DNA of 64,000 bases from Egibacteraceae bacterium (GTDB lineage Bacteria > Actinomycetota > Nitriliruptoria > Euzebyales > Egibacteraceae). Below, one piece after another: positions 40,869 through 51,024 of the stretch. How positions within the stretch are numbered: position 1 is the first letter of the stretch; the number at the start of each line of letters is the position of its first letter. The notes below the pieces were generated by a model. It ran no database searches. It saw only the letters and a program-made list of their open reading frames with translations, and had not been told where the DNA came from. Location of the stretch: assembly GCA_046498405.1 (NCBI GenBank), contig JAWOAS010000138.1, positions 13,888-77,887 of the forward strand, given 5' to 3'. A program made the translations under genes and the position numbers.

Positions 40869-41852
40869 TCAGCGCTCGAGCGGGCTGGGGCGGTCCAGCG
40901 GCGAGCTCGGCTCGACCTGGCCGGCCTCGGCGCGCCAGGCCCCGAAGCGCGGGTTGACCTCGACGTCGCCGTCCTCGAGCAGCCCGGTGGCCCAGGTCTC
41001 GATGGCGAGGCTGTCGCGGTCGGCCTCGGCGGCCTCGCGCACCTCGTCCTCGACCTCGGCGAGCTCGGGCGGCGCGACGCGCTCGATGACGTGGTAACCG
41101 AACTGGGTCTCGACGGGGCCGACGATCTCGCCGTCCTCGGCCTCGAAGACCGCCTCGGCGAAGTCGGGATCGAACTGCTCGCTGGTGATCGGGCCGAGCT
41201 CGCCCTCGTTCTCCTCGGCACTGGGGTCGGTCGAGACCTCGACGGCGAGCTCGCCGAAGTCCTCCCCCGCCTCGAGGCGCTCGAGGACCTCCTCGGCCTC
41301 CTCCTCGGTGTCGACGAGGATGTGCCGTGCGCTCGGCGTGGCGGTGTAGAGCTGCTCGTAGGCGGCCTCGAGCTCCGCGTCGGTGAGCTCGCCCTCGCCG
41401 GCGAGCTCCTCGCCGGCGCGCTCCTGGTAGAGCTGGATCTCGGCCTGCAGGCGGGCGAACTCCGGGGTGATGCCCTGCGCGGCGAAGGCCTCGCGCAGCT
41501 CGTCGGGGTCCTCGGTGCCGGCCTGCTCGACGATGCGCTCCTCGACGTCATCCTCATCGACGTCGATGCCGAGGTCGTCGGCGCCCTGGTCGAAGAGCTC
41601 GCGCTGGACGAGCAGCGAGACGAGCACCGCCTCGACCTGCTCGCGCAGGCCCTCCTGGGCCTCGATCTCCTGGGCGAGCTCGGGCAGCTCGACGAGCGCC
41701 TCGTACTGCTCGGTCACCGCGCTCAAGGGGATCGTCTCGCCGTTGACGTCGGCGGCGACCGTCGGTGGCTGGGTCGCCGTCACCGGGGCGCAGGCGCTGA
41801 GGAGCAGACCGAGGGCGACGAGGAGCGCGAGCGGCGCGCGGCGGATGTGCAC
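40869..41852 (-). CDS. Parvulin-type peptidyl-prolyl isomerase lipoprotein (PrsA/SurA-like)
   Basis: Signal peptide with lipobox LSAC. Parvulin domain ARHILVDTEEEAEEVLERL..GELGPI..FGYHVIERV. Confidence 0.85.
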   Translation of the reverse strand: MHIRRAPLALLVALGLLLSACAPVTATQPPTVAADVNGETIPLSAVTEQYEALVELPELAQEIEAQEGLREQVEAVLVSLLVQRELFDQGADDLGIDVDEDDVEERIVEQAGTEDPDELREAFAAQGITPEFARLQAEIQLYQERAGEELAGEGELTDAELEAAYEQLYTATPSARHILVDTEEEAEEVLERLEAGEDFGELAVEVSTDPSAEENEGELGPITSEQFDPDFAEAVFEAEDGEIVGPVETQFGYHVIERVAPPELAEVEDEVREAAEADRDSLAIETWATGLLEDGDVEVNPRFGAWRAEAGQVEPSSPLDRPSPLER

Positions 41853-41950
41853 GGTGATGACCTCTCGGGGTGACGCGGGGTGGTCCCTGGGGAGCGGTGC
41901 GCGGCCGGCGGCCCGCCTGGCCGTTCCCGCCAGTCTACGCTGAGGGCGCC

Positions 41951-44900
41951 CTACGACGCGCGCGCGGCCTTGCGCTCGGTGCCGGCGAGGACGGCCTTGA
42001 GCTCGCCGGCGAGCCAGGCGACGAGGTCACCGTCGCGGGGGATCGCGAGCTCCATCGCCTCTGCGGTGGCGTTGTAGACCGCGTCGGGATGGCGGCGCGC
42101 CAGGCGGACCTCCTGGGCGTCGGACAGCGACACCGGCGAGAGCCGGACGGTGCGCCGCGGCGTCGAGGTGATCTCGGTGATCCCCCAGCGCCGGGCCGCC
42201 GCCCGCAGCGCGGCGATCGACAGCAGCCGCTTGGCCGGCTCGGGCAGGGGGCCGTAGCGGTCGGCGAGCTCGTCGCGCACCCGCGCCACGCCCTTGGCGT
42301 CGCGCACCCCGGCGACCTTGCGGTAGGCCTCGAGGCGCAGCGCCTCGTCGGGGACGTAGTCGGTCGGCAGGTGGGCATCGACGGGCAGGTCGACGGTGAT
42401 CTCCGGCTCGGGCGCGGCGGCGGGACCGAAGGCGCCCGGGCCCTGCTGGCCGTCGGTGAGCTCGGCGACGGCCTCGGCCATGAGCTGGGCGTAGGCCTCG
42501 AAGCCGACGCTGGCGACGTGACCCGACTGGTCGGCGCCGACGACGTTGCCGGCCCCGCGGATCTCGAGGTCCTTGAGCGCGATCGACAGCCCGGAGCCGA
42601 GGCCGGTGTGCTCGGCGACGGTCTCGAGGCGCTTGTAGGCCTCCTCGGTCAGCGCCGCGTCCGGCGGGTGGAAGAGGTAGGCGTAGCCGCGGTCGTTCGA
42701 GCGGCCGACGCGCCCCCGCAGCTGGTACATCTGCGCGAGGCCGAGGAGGTCGGCGCGCTCGATGACGAGGGTGTTGGCGTTGGGGATGTCGAGGCCCGAC
42801 TCGATGATCGTCGTGGAGACGAGCACGTCGAACTCCCGCTGCCAGAAGCGCACCATGATCCGCTCGAGGGCGGCCTCGTCCATCTGCCCGTGGGCGACCT
42901 CGACGCGGGCGCCGGGAACGAGCTCGCGCACCTGCTCGGCGGCGGCGTCGATCGTCGCGACCTGGTTGTGCACCCAGAAGACCTGCCCCTCGCGCAGCAG
43001 CTCGCGGCGCACCGCGAGGGCGGCGAGCGCGGCGTCCCACTCCCCCACATGGGTGACGATCGGCTGGCGCTCCTCGGGCGGGGTGTCGATCGTCGAGAGG
43101 TCGCGGATCCCGGTGATCGCCATCTCCATCGTCCGCGGGATCGGCGTCGCGGTCATCGTGAGGACGTCGACGCTCGTGCGCAGCGCCTTGATGCGCTCCT
43201 TGTGGGTCACGCCGAAGCGCTGCTCCTCGTCGACGACGAGCAACCCGAGGTCCTTGAAGGCGACATCGGTGCCGAGCAGGCGGTGGGTGCCGATGACGAG
43301 GTCGACGGTGCCCGCGGCCAGCCCCTCGAGAATGCGCTCGGCCTCGCGGGGCGGGCTGAAGCGCGAGAGCACCGCGACCTCGACGGGGAAACCGGCGAAG
43401 CGCTCGGCGAAGGTCTCGCCGTGCTGCTGGGCGAGCAGGGTCGTGGGCACGAGCACCGCGACCTGCGAGCCCTCGAAGATGGCCTTGGCCGCCGCCCGCA
43501 CGGCGATCTCGGTCTTGCCGAAGCCGACGTCGCCGCAGAGCAGGCGGTCCATCGGCACCGGCGCGCCCATGTCCTCCTTGACCTCGTCGATGACCGCGAG
43601 CTGGTCGGGGGTCTCGGTGTAGGGAAAGGCGCCCTCGAGCTCGGACTGCCAGGAGGTGTCGGCGCCGAAGGCCCGGCCCTCGCTGTGCATCCGCGCCTGG
43701 TAGAGGCGGATGAGGTCGGCGGCGATGTCGCGCACGGCCTTGCGGACCCGGCCCTTGGCGCGCTCCCAGTCCGCGCCGCCCATGCGCATGATCCGCGGCT
43801 GCTCGCCGCCGACGTAGCGCGCGAGCGCGTCGACGTTGTCGCTCGGCACGAAGAGGCGGTCCTGCCCGGCGTACTCCACGACGACGAAGTCGCGGGTCAC
43901 CGTCGACGATCCGCCGCCGACGGTGCGGGTCGGCCCCCGCAGCTCGCGGGTGACGATGCCGACGTAGCGCCCGACGCCGTGGGTGGCGTGGACCACGGGG
44001 TCGCCCGGCTCGAGGTCGAGGACGGTCTCGGCGGCCACGCGTCGGCTCGGCAGGCGCTTGCGCGCGCTGCTGCGCCGGGGCCCGAAGAGATCCCACTCCC
44101 CGAGCAGCGCGAGGCCGAGCTCAGGCGAGCGCAGCCCCTCGCGCAGCGCCGAGGCGACGATGAGCACCCCGCCGCCGTCAGCGTCGCCGGGCCCGACGGA
44201 CTCGACGACGCGCGCGGCCACGCCCTGCTCGCGCAGCACCTCGCCGAGGCGCACCGCCGGGCCCTGCCCGGAGGTCGTGAGCACGACGAGGTCCCCGTCG
44301 GCGGCCAGCCGCCGGACGCGCTCGCCCACCGCGGCGACGTCGCCGCGGAAGGAGTCCCACGGCGCGGCGGGCACGTCGGCGTCGGCGCTCGAGCCGAACG
44401 GCGTGAGCTGCCAGAGCCGACCGCGGACCCGGGCCTCGACGTCGGGCCAGGCGGCGAACCCCCCAGCCTGCCCGGCGCCGCCGAAGAGCCCGGCGGACTC
44501 CTCCCCCGAGCCCCACCCGGCGATCATGAGCTCGGCGGCCTGGCGCGCGAGCTCCTCGGCGCGGGAGGCCACGAGCGCGGCGTCGACGACGACGGTGCCG
44601 GCGTCGTCGGGCAGGAAGTCGGGCAGCCACGCCGGGGTGGGGTGGATCGCGGTGACGAGCGCCTCCATGCCCTCGAAGGCCACGCCGTCGGCGAGGAGGT
44701 GGAGCTGCTCGGCCAGCGCCGGCAGGCTCCGCGCGGAGAGCCTCGCGGTGGCGGCGGTCTCGTCGTCGAGGACGAGCTCGCGGGCGGGGTCGACGGTGAC
44801 CCCGGCGAGCGCCTCGACGGTGCGCTGGTCGCCGGCGGAGAAGCTGCGAAGCTCGTCGACGTCGTCGCCGAAGAACTCGACGCGCACCGGGTGCTCCGCG

Positions 44901-45448
44901 GCGGTCGGGAAGAGGTCGACGATGCCCCCGCGCACCGCGAACTCCCCGCGGGACTCGACCATCGTCACCCGGGTGTAGCCGAGCTGGGCGAGCCCGTCGA
45001 CGAGGCCGTCGAGGCCGCCCTCGTAGCGGTGGTCGAGGCGGATCGGCTCCCGCTCGGCCAGGCGCGGGTCCATCGGCTGCAGCGCGGCGCGCACCGGCGT
45101 GACGACCACGGCCAGCGAGGGGTCGCCGCCGACGAGGCGGTCGAGGACGCGCAGGCGCTGCCCGACGGTGGCCGCCTGCGGGCTGAGGCGCTCGTGCGGC
45201 AGGGTCTCCCACGCGGGGAAGTGCGCGACGGCGTCGTCGCCGAGGAAGGCGCCGACGCCCTCGGCGAGCGCCTCGGCGTCGCGCTCGCTCGGCACGACGA
45301 CGAGCAGCGGGTAGGCCTCGGCGGCCAGCAGCGCGCAGGTCAGCGGGCGCGCGGCTGGCCCGGCGTGGACCACGCCGGGGGGCAGGGGCTCGTCGAGCCG
45401 GTCGCGTGCGCGCTGGAGGATGCCCGCGAGGGGGCCGGAGGGCAGCAT
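41951..45448 (-). CDS. mfd: Transcription-repair coupling factor
   Basis: About 1165 aa. RNAP-interacting/CarD-like region (GDPVVHATHGVGRY), SF2 helicase motifs (GDVGFGKTE, DEEQRFG, MTATPIPRT, QLRGRVGR). The ATG at 45448 is preferred over the TTG at 45484. Confidence 0.95.
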   Translation of the reverse strand: MLPSGPLAGILQRARDRLDEPLPPGVVHAGPAARPLTCALLAAEAYPLLVVVPSERDAEALAEGVGAFLGDDAVAHFPAWETLPHERLSPQAATVGQRLRVLDRLVGGDPSLAVVVTPVRAALQPMDPRLAEREPIRLDHRYEGGLDGLVDGLAQLGYTRVTMVESRGEFAVRGGIVDLFPTAAEHPVRVEFFGDDVDELRSFSAGDQRTVEALAGVTVDPARELVLDDETAATARLSARSLPALAEQLHLLADGVAFEGMEALVTAIHPTPAWLPDFLPDDAGTVVVDAALVASRAEELARQAAELMIAGWGSGEESAGLFGGAGQAGGFAAWPDVEARVRGRLWQLTPFGSSADADVPAAPWDSFRGDVAAVGERVRRLAADGDLVVLTTSGQGPAVRLGEVLREQGVAARVVESVGPGDADGGGVLIVASALREGLRSPELGLALLGEWDLFGPRRSSARKRLPSRRVAAETVLDLEPGDPVVHATHGVGRYVGIVTRELRGPTRTVGGGSSTVTRDFVVVEYAGQDRLFVPSDNVDALARYVGGEQPRIMRMGGADWERAKGRVRKAVRDIAADLIRLYQARMHSEGRAFGADTSWQSELEGAFPYTETPDQLAVIDEVKEDMGAPVPMDRLLCGDVGFGKTEIAVRAAAKAIFEGSQVAVLVPTTLLAQQHGETFAERFAGFPVEVAVLSRFSPPREAERILEGLAAGTVDLVIGTHRLLGTDVAFKDLGLLVVDEEQRFGVTHKERIKALRTSVDVLTMTATPIPRTMEMAITGIRDLSTIDTPPEERQPIVTHVGEWDAALAALAVRRELLREGQVFWVHNQVATIDAAAEQVRELVPGARVEVAHGQMDEAALERIMVRFWQREFDVLVSTTIIESGLDIPNANTLVIERADLLGLAQMYQLRGRVGRSNDRGYAYLFHPPDAALTEEAYKRLETVAEHTGLGSGLSIALKDLEIRGAGNVVGADQSGHVASVGFEAYAQLMAEAVAELTDGQQGPGAFGPAAAPEPEITVDLPVDAHLPTDYVPDEALRLEAYRKVAGVRDAKGVARVRDELADRYGPLPEPAKRLLSIAALRAAARRWGITEITSTPRRTVRLSPVSLSDAQEVRLARRHPDAVYNATAEAMELAIPRDGDLVAWLAGELKAVLAGTERKAARAS

Positions 45449-45521
45449 CGAGGTAAGAGTGCCGAGGCACGGCCGCCGCGGCAACGCCGGCGGTGGGCCC
45501 GGCGGCCACGCCCGGTGGCCG

Positions 45522-46106
45522 CTACCCCCCGTGGTGGCGGTTCTGCGCGGTCTCGAGACCGTCCTCGACGAGGTCGACGATCGCGTCGGCGGCCCGCTCG
45601 ATGGCGCCGGCGGCGTCGTCGGCCTCCTCGCTGCGGAAGCGCTTGAGAACGTAGTCGCGCGCCGGCTGGCGCCCGGGGGGCCGGCCGATGCCGATGCGCA
45701 CCCGGGTGAAGTCCTTCGATCCGAGGCGCTCGGCGACGTCCTTGAGGCCGTTGTGCCCCGCGGTGCCGCCGCCCTGCTTGAGGCGCACCTGCCCGAGCTC
45801 GAGGTCGAGCTCGTCGTGGACGACGACGAGCCGCTCAGGACCCACCTTGAAGAACGCGGCGAGCGCCTGGGTCGGCCCGCCGGAGCGGTTCATGTAGCCG
45901 TGGCCGACCGCGAGGACGAGGCGCGGGCCCCCGGGGCGGGTCATCGTCTCGGCGACGTTGGCCTTGGCCTTGTGGGCCTTGAGGGTCACGCCCAAGCGCT
46001 CGGCGAGCCGCCGCACCGCGTCGGCACCGACGTTGTGCCGGGTATCGCCGTACTCGGCGACGGGGTTACCGAGTCCGACGACGAGCCAGCGATCCTCGCC
46101 GTCCAC
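45522..46106 (-). CDS. pth: Peptidyl-tRNA hydrolase
   Basis: GTG start. LVVGLGNPVAEYGDTRHNVG and GHNGLKD motifs. Confidence 0.95.
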   Translation of the reverse strand: MDGEDRWLVVGLGNPVAEYGDTRHNVGADAVRRLAERLGVTLKAHKAKANVAETMTRPGGPRLVLAVGHGYMNRSGGPTQALAAFFKVGPERLVVVHDELDLELGQVRLKQGGGTAGHNGLKDVAERLGSKDFTRVRIGIGRPPGRQPARDYVLKRFRSEEADDAAGAIERAADAIVDLVEDGLETAQNRHHGG

Positions 46107-46148
46107 GCCGTCGCCGCCCCGCAGCCGCTCGAGCCAGCGCAGCGCCAG

Positions 46149-46817
46149 CTACTCCTCGTCGCCGGCGTCGTCCTCGACGACGCCCTCCTCGTCCTCCGGC
46201 TCGCCGAAGGGCTCCTCCTCGGCCTCGGCCACGCCCTCCTCGCCGACCTCGGGCACGTCGACGGACTCGTAGTAGACGGTGACGACGGTCGACTCCGGGT
46301 CGTCGAGGGCGGTGACGCCCTCGGGCAGGTCGAGATCGGCGACGCGCTTGACGTCGCCGATCTCCATGTCGGTGACGTCGACGACGATCTGGTCGGGCAT
46401 CTCGAGCGGCAGCACCTCGACGCTCAGGGTGTAGAGCGGCTGCTCGGCGATGCCGCCGTCGGCCACGCCCTGCGCCTCGCCCTCGAGCGAGATCGGGATG
46501 TCGGCGGTGACCTTCTGCGTGCGGCTGATCGCGACGAAGTCGACGTGGAGGATCTCCCGGCGCAGCGGATGACGCTGGATCTCGCGGGTGAGCGCGAGGC
46601 GGCTCTCCTCGTCGTACTCGAGGCGGATGATCGCGTTCATGCCGGCGTCGGTGTGCAGCGCGTGGTAGAGCTCGCGCGCATCGACCGACAGCGGCGTGGC
46701 CTCCATGTCGGCGCCGTAGGCGACGGCGGGCACGCGGCCCTCGCGGCGGAGGCGGCGCGCCTCGCTCTTGCCGCTGCCGGGACGGCTGTGGGCGGCCAGC
46801 GCGACCTGCTTGGACAT
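46149..46817 (-). CDS. rplY: 50S ribosomal protein L25 / general stress protein Ctc, with an acidic C-terminal tail
   Basis: ATG at 46817 follows AAGGAG. RRLRREGRVPAVAYG, and the syntenic position next to pth. Confidence 0.9.
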   Translation of the reverse strand: MSKQVALAAHSRPGSGKSEARRLRREGRVPAVAYGADMEATPLSVDARELYHALHTDAGMNAIIRLEYDEESRLALTREIQRHPLRREILHVDFVAISRTQKVTADIPISLEGEAQGVADGGIAEQPLYTLSVEVLPLEMPDQIVVDVTDMEIGDVKRVADLDLPEGVTALDDPESTVVTVYYESVDVPEVGEEGVAEAEEEPFGEPEDEEGVVEDDAGDEE

Positions 46818-46984
46818 GGCGGAGGGCTCCTTGCGGGAATGGCGACTCGGGGTGGGCCGGGGCCTCGCCGCCGACTCGGCGGCCACGAGGGCGCGCTGGG
46901 ACGGACGCAGGCCTCGCGGCAGGATACTGCCCCGCCCGCGCGCGTGCCAACGCGACGCGCAGGCGACCCGGACCTGACGAGGCT

Positions 46985-47494
46985 CTACGGGATGTCGAGC
47001 TCCTGGCCGACGGTCAGCCCCGACTGGTCGTCGATGCCGTTGGCCTCGGCGATCTCGCCCCAGCGGTTGCCGTCGCCGTAGACCTCCTCGGCGATGGAGT
47101 AGAGCGTGTCCCCGCCCTCGACGGTGTAGGTCTGGCCGCCGTCGCCCTCGTCGTCGTCGGCGTCGTCGTCCTCGCCATCGGTGACGACCTCGGCGTCGTC
47201 GGCGGTCTCGCGATCCTCGCCGTCGTCGCCGCCGTCGCCGCCGTCGCCCTCGCTCCCGTCGCCGCCGTCGCCCTCGTCCCCGCCGTCGCCCTCGTCCCCG
47301 TCCTCGTCCTCGTCGAGCTCACCGGGCTCGGGCGTGGGCAGCGGGTCGTCGACCGGGGTGCTCTCGAAGAGCCCACTGTCGTCGGAGAACTCGACGGTCC
47401 CGAAGATCGCGTCGACGGCGAGCGGCACGGTGACGACGACCACGACGATGATGCCCACCGCCGCGGCGACCCACTTCAGCGCGTTGGGAATCAC
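46985..47494 (-). CDS. Membrane-anchored acidic protein with a C-terminal LysM domain
   Basis: The GTG at 47494 overlaps the prs stop (GTGA). TM helix (WVAAAVGIIVVVVVTVPLAV), a G/D/E-rich low-complexity region, and LysM (YTVEGGDTLYSIAEEVYGDGNRWGEIAEANG). Confidence 0.7.
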   Translation of the reverse strand: MIPNALKWVAAAVGIIVVVVVTVPLAVDAIFGTVEFSDDSGLFESTPVDDPLPTPEPGELDEDEDGDEGDGGDEGDGGDGSEGDGGDGGDDGEDRETADDAEVVTDGEDDDADDDEGDGGQTYTVEGGDTLYSIAEEVYGDGNRWGEIAEANGIDDQSGLTVGQELDIP

Positions 47495-48459
47495 TGGTTC
47501 TGGTCGTCGAAGAGTTCGCTGACGGACTGGTCCTCGAAGATCGCCTTCATCGTGCTCGCCACGATCGGGGCGATCGAGACGACCTCGATCTTGTCGAGCT
47601 CGTGGCAGGCGGGCAGGGGCAGGGTGTTGGTGACGACCACCTGCTCGATCGGCGCGGCTTGCAGCCGACGGCATGCCGGCCCCGACAGCACCGGGTGGGT
47701 GGCCAGCGCGAGGACACGCTTGGCACCGCGCTCCATGAGGGCCTCCGCGGCACCGCAGATCGTGCCCGCGGTGTCGATCATGTCATCGACGAGCACGACG
47801 GTCGCCCCGGCGACGTCGCCGGTGACGCCGAGGGTCTTCGAGACGTTGTGGCCGGTGCGCGTCTTCGCGAGGTAGGCCGGCGAGGCCTCGGGCAGGCGGC
47901 TGAGGAACTTCTCCATGAGGTTGACCCGCCCGGCATCGGGGCTGGCCACGACGATCTCCTTGCTCGCGAACCGCTGCCTCAGCCAGTCGACGAGCAGCGG
48001 CAGCGCCGTCAGCGAGTCGAGCGGCTGGTCGAAGAAGCCCTGGACCTGCTGGGAGTGCAGGTCGACGGAGACGACGCGGTCGGCTCCGGCGACGGTGAGC
48101 ATGTCGGCGAGCAGTCGCGCGGTGATCGGCTCGCGGGACTTCGCCTTCTTGTCCTGGCGGCTGTAGCCGTAGAAGGGGCAGATCGCGGTGATGCGCTTGG
48201 CCGAGGCGCGCTTGGCCGCCTCGATCATGATGAGCTGCTCCATGATGTTCTGGTTGATCGGCTCGCAGTGGGTCTGGATGACGAAGACATCCGACCCGCG
48301 GACGTTCTCCTGGTAGCGCACGTAGATCTCGCCGTTGGAGAAGTCCTTGAGCTCGACGTCGCCGAGGCGCATGCCGAGATGGTCGGCGACCTCCTTCGAC
48401 ATCGCGGGGTAGCCACGCCCCGTGAAGATCTGCATCCGCTTCTTCGTCGTGATCTCCAT
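47491..48459 (-). CDS. prs: Ribose-phosphate pyrophosphokinase
   Basis: 322 aa. DLHSQQVQGFF and the PRPP loop VVLVDDMIDTAGT. Confidence 0.95.
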   Translation of the reverse strand: MEITTKKRMQIFTGRGYPAMSKEVADHLGMRLGDVELKDFSNGEIYVRYQENVRGSDVFVIQTHCEPINQNIMEQLIMIEAAKRASAKRITAICPFYGYSRQDKKAKSREPITARLLADMLTVAGADRVVSVDLHSQQVQGFFDQPLDSLTALPLLVDWLRQRFASKEIVVASPDAGRVNLMEKFLSRLPEASPAYLAKTRTGHNVSKTLGVTGDVAGATVVLVDDMIDTAGTICGAAEALMERGAKRVLALATHPVLSGPACRRLQAAPIEQVVVTNTLPLPACHELDKIEVVSIAPIVASTMKAIFEDQSVSELFDDQNQ

Positions 48460-49853
48460 CAGGAGCCGTCCCTCTGGCTGCGCGCGTGCTTGGCGCGCTT
48501 GCGCTCGGCGTACCCTTCGATGTTGCGTTGCTCGCTGCGGGCCACCGCGAGCGCCCCGTCGGGCACGTCGTCGGTGATGACCGACCCGGCACCGGTGTAG
48601 CCCTCGGCGCCGACGGTGACCGGCGCGACGAGCATCGTGTCGCTGCCGATGCGCGCCCCGGGACCGATGACCGTGCGGTGCTTGGCGAAGCCGTCGTAGT
48701 TCACGGTGACCGTCGCCGCACCGATGTTCGCGCCGGCGCCGATCTCGGCGTCGCCGACGTAGGAGAGGTGGGGCACCTTCGCGCCCTCGCCGATCTCGGC
48801 GTTCTTCGTCTCGACGAACGCGCCGATCTTGCCGCGCGCGGCGAGGCGGGTACCGGCGCGCACGTAGCTGAATGGCCCGACCGTGGCGCCATCGCCGATC
48901 TCCGCGCCGATGACCACCGACTGCGCGACCGTCGCGCCGTCGCCGACGGTGCTGTCGACGAGCCGGGTCGCCGGCCCGATGTCGGAGCCGGCGCCGACGC
49001 GCGTCGCGCCCTCGAGGTGGGTGCCGGGCCGCAGCACGGCGTCGACGCCCACGTCGACCTCGGCGTCGACGTAGGTGGCTTGGGGGTCGACGACGCTGAC
49101 CCCCTCGCGCATGAGACGGGTGAGGATGCGACGTCGCAGGACCGCGCCGGCCTCGGCGAGCTGCGCGCGGTCGTTGACCCCGGCGACGAGCTCGGCGGGG
49201 GCGCTGACCACACCGACGCCGCGGGGCACGAGCGGGGCGATGACGTCGGTGAGGTACTCCTCGCCCTGGTCGTTGTCGGGGGCGAGGCGGGCGAGCTCGG
49301 CCTCGAGGGCGGCGCGGTCGAAGGCGTAGATGCCGCTGTTGGCCTCGGTGATCGCGCGCTCGGCGTCGGTGGCGTCGCGGTGCTCGACGACGCGCGCGAC
49401 CGTGCCGTCGTCGCCGCGCACGATCCGCCCGTAGCCGGCGGGGTCAGCGGGCTCGAAGGCGAGGATCGTCGCCGCGCGCCGCCCCGCGTCGGCGAGGAGC
49501 CCGGCCAGCGGCGCGGGCTCGAGCAGCGGCACGTCACCGGGCACGACGAGCACCTCGTCGACGCCGTCGAGCGCACCGTCGTCGGAGGCGCAGCGCACCG
49601 CGTGACCGGTGCCCCACTGCTGGGGCTGGGCCACGGTGACGAGCCCCGGCAGCCCCGCGGCCTCGGCCTCGGCGCTGACGTCGGCGGCCTGGTGGCCGAC
49701 GACGACGACGACACGATCGAGCTCGAGGGGCCGCAGCGCCTCGAGCACCCAACGCAGCAGCGTGCGACCCGCCACGGGGTGGAGGACCTTGGCGCGCTCG
49801 GAGCGGAAGCGGGTGCCCTTGCCGGCGGCGAGGACGATGGCGGCGCGGCTCAT
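48459..49853 (-). CDS. glmU: Bifunctional UDP-N-acetylglucosamine pyrophosphorylase / glucosamine-1-phosphate N-acetyltransferase
   Basis: Starts AIVLAAGKGTRF and has a C-terminal left-handed beta-helix of hexapeptide repeats. The stop overlaps the prs ATG by 1 nt. Confidence 0.95.
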   Translation of the reverse strand: MSRAAIVLAAGKGTRFRSERAKVLHPVAGRTLLRWVLEALRPLELDRVVVVVGHQAADVSAEAEAAGLPGLVTVAQPQQWGTGHAVRCASDDGALDGVDEVLVVPGDVPLLEPAPLAGLLADAGRRAATILAFEPADPAGYGRIVRGDDGTVARVVEHRDATDAERAITEANSGIYAFDRAALEAELARLAPDNDQGEEYLTDVIAPLVPRGVGVVSAPAELVAGVNDRAQLAEAGAVLRRRILTRLMREGVSVVDPQATYVDAEVDVGVDAVLRPGTHLEGATRVGAGSDIGPATRLVDSTVGDGATVAQSVVIGAEIGDGATVGPFSYVRAGTRLAARGKIGAFVETKNAEIGEGAKVPHLSYVGDAEIGAGANIGAATVTVNYDGFAKHRTVIGPGARIGSDTMLVAPVTVGAEGYTGAGSVITDDVPDGALAVARSEQRNIEGYAERKRAKHARSQRDGS

Positions 49854-49885
49854 CGGGATGGCGACTCCCTGTCGCTGAGCTGGAA

Positions 49886-49959
49886 TGGCTGGGAGGGAAG
49901 GGATCGAACCTTCAACTCCGACTCCAAAGGACGGCGTGATGCCATTTCACCACCTCCCA
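49886..49959 (-). tRNA. tRNA-Gln (anticodon UUG), CCA encoded
   Basis: The reverse complement folds as acceptor UGGGAGG/CCUCCCA (U1-A72) with discriminator G and CCA; D-arm GUGA-AAUGGCA-UCAC; anticodon loop CUUUGGA. T-arm GAAGG-UUCGAUC-CCUUC. One U-U mismatch in the anticodon stem. Confidence 0.85.
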
Positions 49960-50025
49960 TCGCCAGCCCCACAGCCTCTGCGGCACTTCACTGTAGCGGA
50001 CGATCCAACGGCGGCGAGACGGGGC

Positions 50026-51024
50026 TCACCGCTCGGCGCCGACCTCGCGCCGCAGCTCCGGGCCTCCCGCCGGCGACGTCGCGATCACCGTGCGTCCGGT
50101 GCCGAGCGGCAGGCGACCGGCGATCTCGCGGGCGTGGGCGGGGTCGGCGGCGAGGCCGAGCAGCGTCGGGCCGCTGCCGGAGAGCACCGCGCCGAACGCG
50201 CCGGCCTCGAGCAGGCGCCGCTTGCGCTCGGCGAGATCGGGGCGCAGGGCGAAGGCCGCGGCCTCGAGGTCGTTGTGCAGCGCCGCGCCGAGCGCCTCGG
50301 GATCGCGGGCCCGCAGGGCCTGCAGCACGGCATCGGGCTCGACCTCGCTCGGCGCGCAGCGGTCGTCCCACTCGCGGTAGACCGCCGCGGTCGACAGGGG
50401 CTCGTCGTCGAGGAGCGCGAGCCACGTGAACTCCCCACGGCAGAGCACCTGCGCGAGCGCGGTTCCCCGCCCCGTGGCCAGGGCGGTGCCGCCGACGACG
50501 CAGAACGGCACGTCGCTGCCGAGCTCGGCGCCGAGCTCCTTGAGCCGCTCGCGGGGCAGCGCGCAGTCCCACAGCTCGTTGAGGGCCACGAGCGCGGCAG
50601 CGGCATCGGCGGAGCCCCCGGCCATGCCGCCGGCCACCGGGATGGTCTTGTCGAGCTCGAGCACGGTGCGGGGGCCGTCCTCCCGCTCGTGGGGGGCGAC
50701 GTCGATGACCCCGGCTGAGCGTGCGAGCGCGAGTCCCGCGCGCACCGCGAGGTTCTCCGAGGCCACGGGCAGCCCGGGGATGTCGTCGTGGGCGAGCTCG
50801 AGGCGCATGTGCCGGCGCGCGGCGGGATGCTGCCCCCGCCCGGGCGGCCCCGCGAGCGAGACCCGCAGCTCGTCGAAGACCCCGACGGTCTGCAGCACCG
50901 TCGTGAGCTCGTGGTAGCCGTCCTCGCGGATGCCCCGTACCGACAGGAAGAGGTTGACCTTCGCAGGGACGCGCACGGCGATGTGCGGACCGTGCGGGAT
51001 CGACTCCGATGCCACTCCGGGCAT
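50026..51024 (-). CDS. ispE: 4-diphosphocytidyl-2-C-methyl-D-erythritol kinase
   Basis: VPAKVNLFLSV, the GHMP motif PVAGGMAGGSADAAA, and LSGSGPT. The start is the ATG at 51024 or the GTG at 51015 (better spaced from GGGAGGG). Confidence 0.9.
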   Translation of the reverse strand: MPGVASESIPHGPHIAVRVPAKVNLFLSVRGIREDGYHELTTVLQTVGVFDELRVSLAGPPGRGQHPAARRHMRLELAHDDIPGLPVASENLAVRAGLALARSAGVIDVAPHEREDGPRTVLELDKTIPVAGGMAGGSADAAAALVALNELWDCALPRERLKELGAELGSDVPFCVVGGTALATGRGTALAQVLCRGEFTWLALLDDEPLSTAAVYREWDDRCAPSEVEPDAVLQALRARDPEALGAALHNDLEAAAFALRPDLAERKRRLLEAGAFGAVLSGSGPTLLGLAADPAHAREIAGRLPLGTGRTVIATSPAGGPELRREVGAER

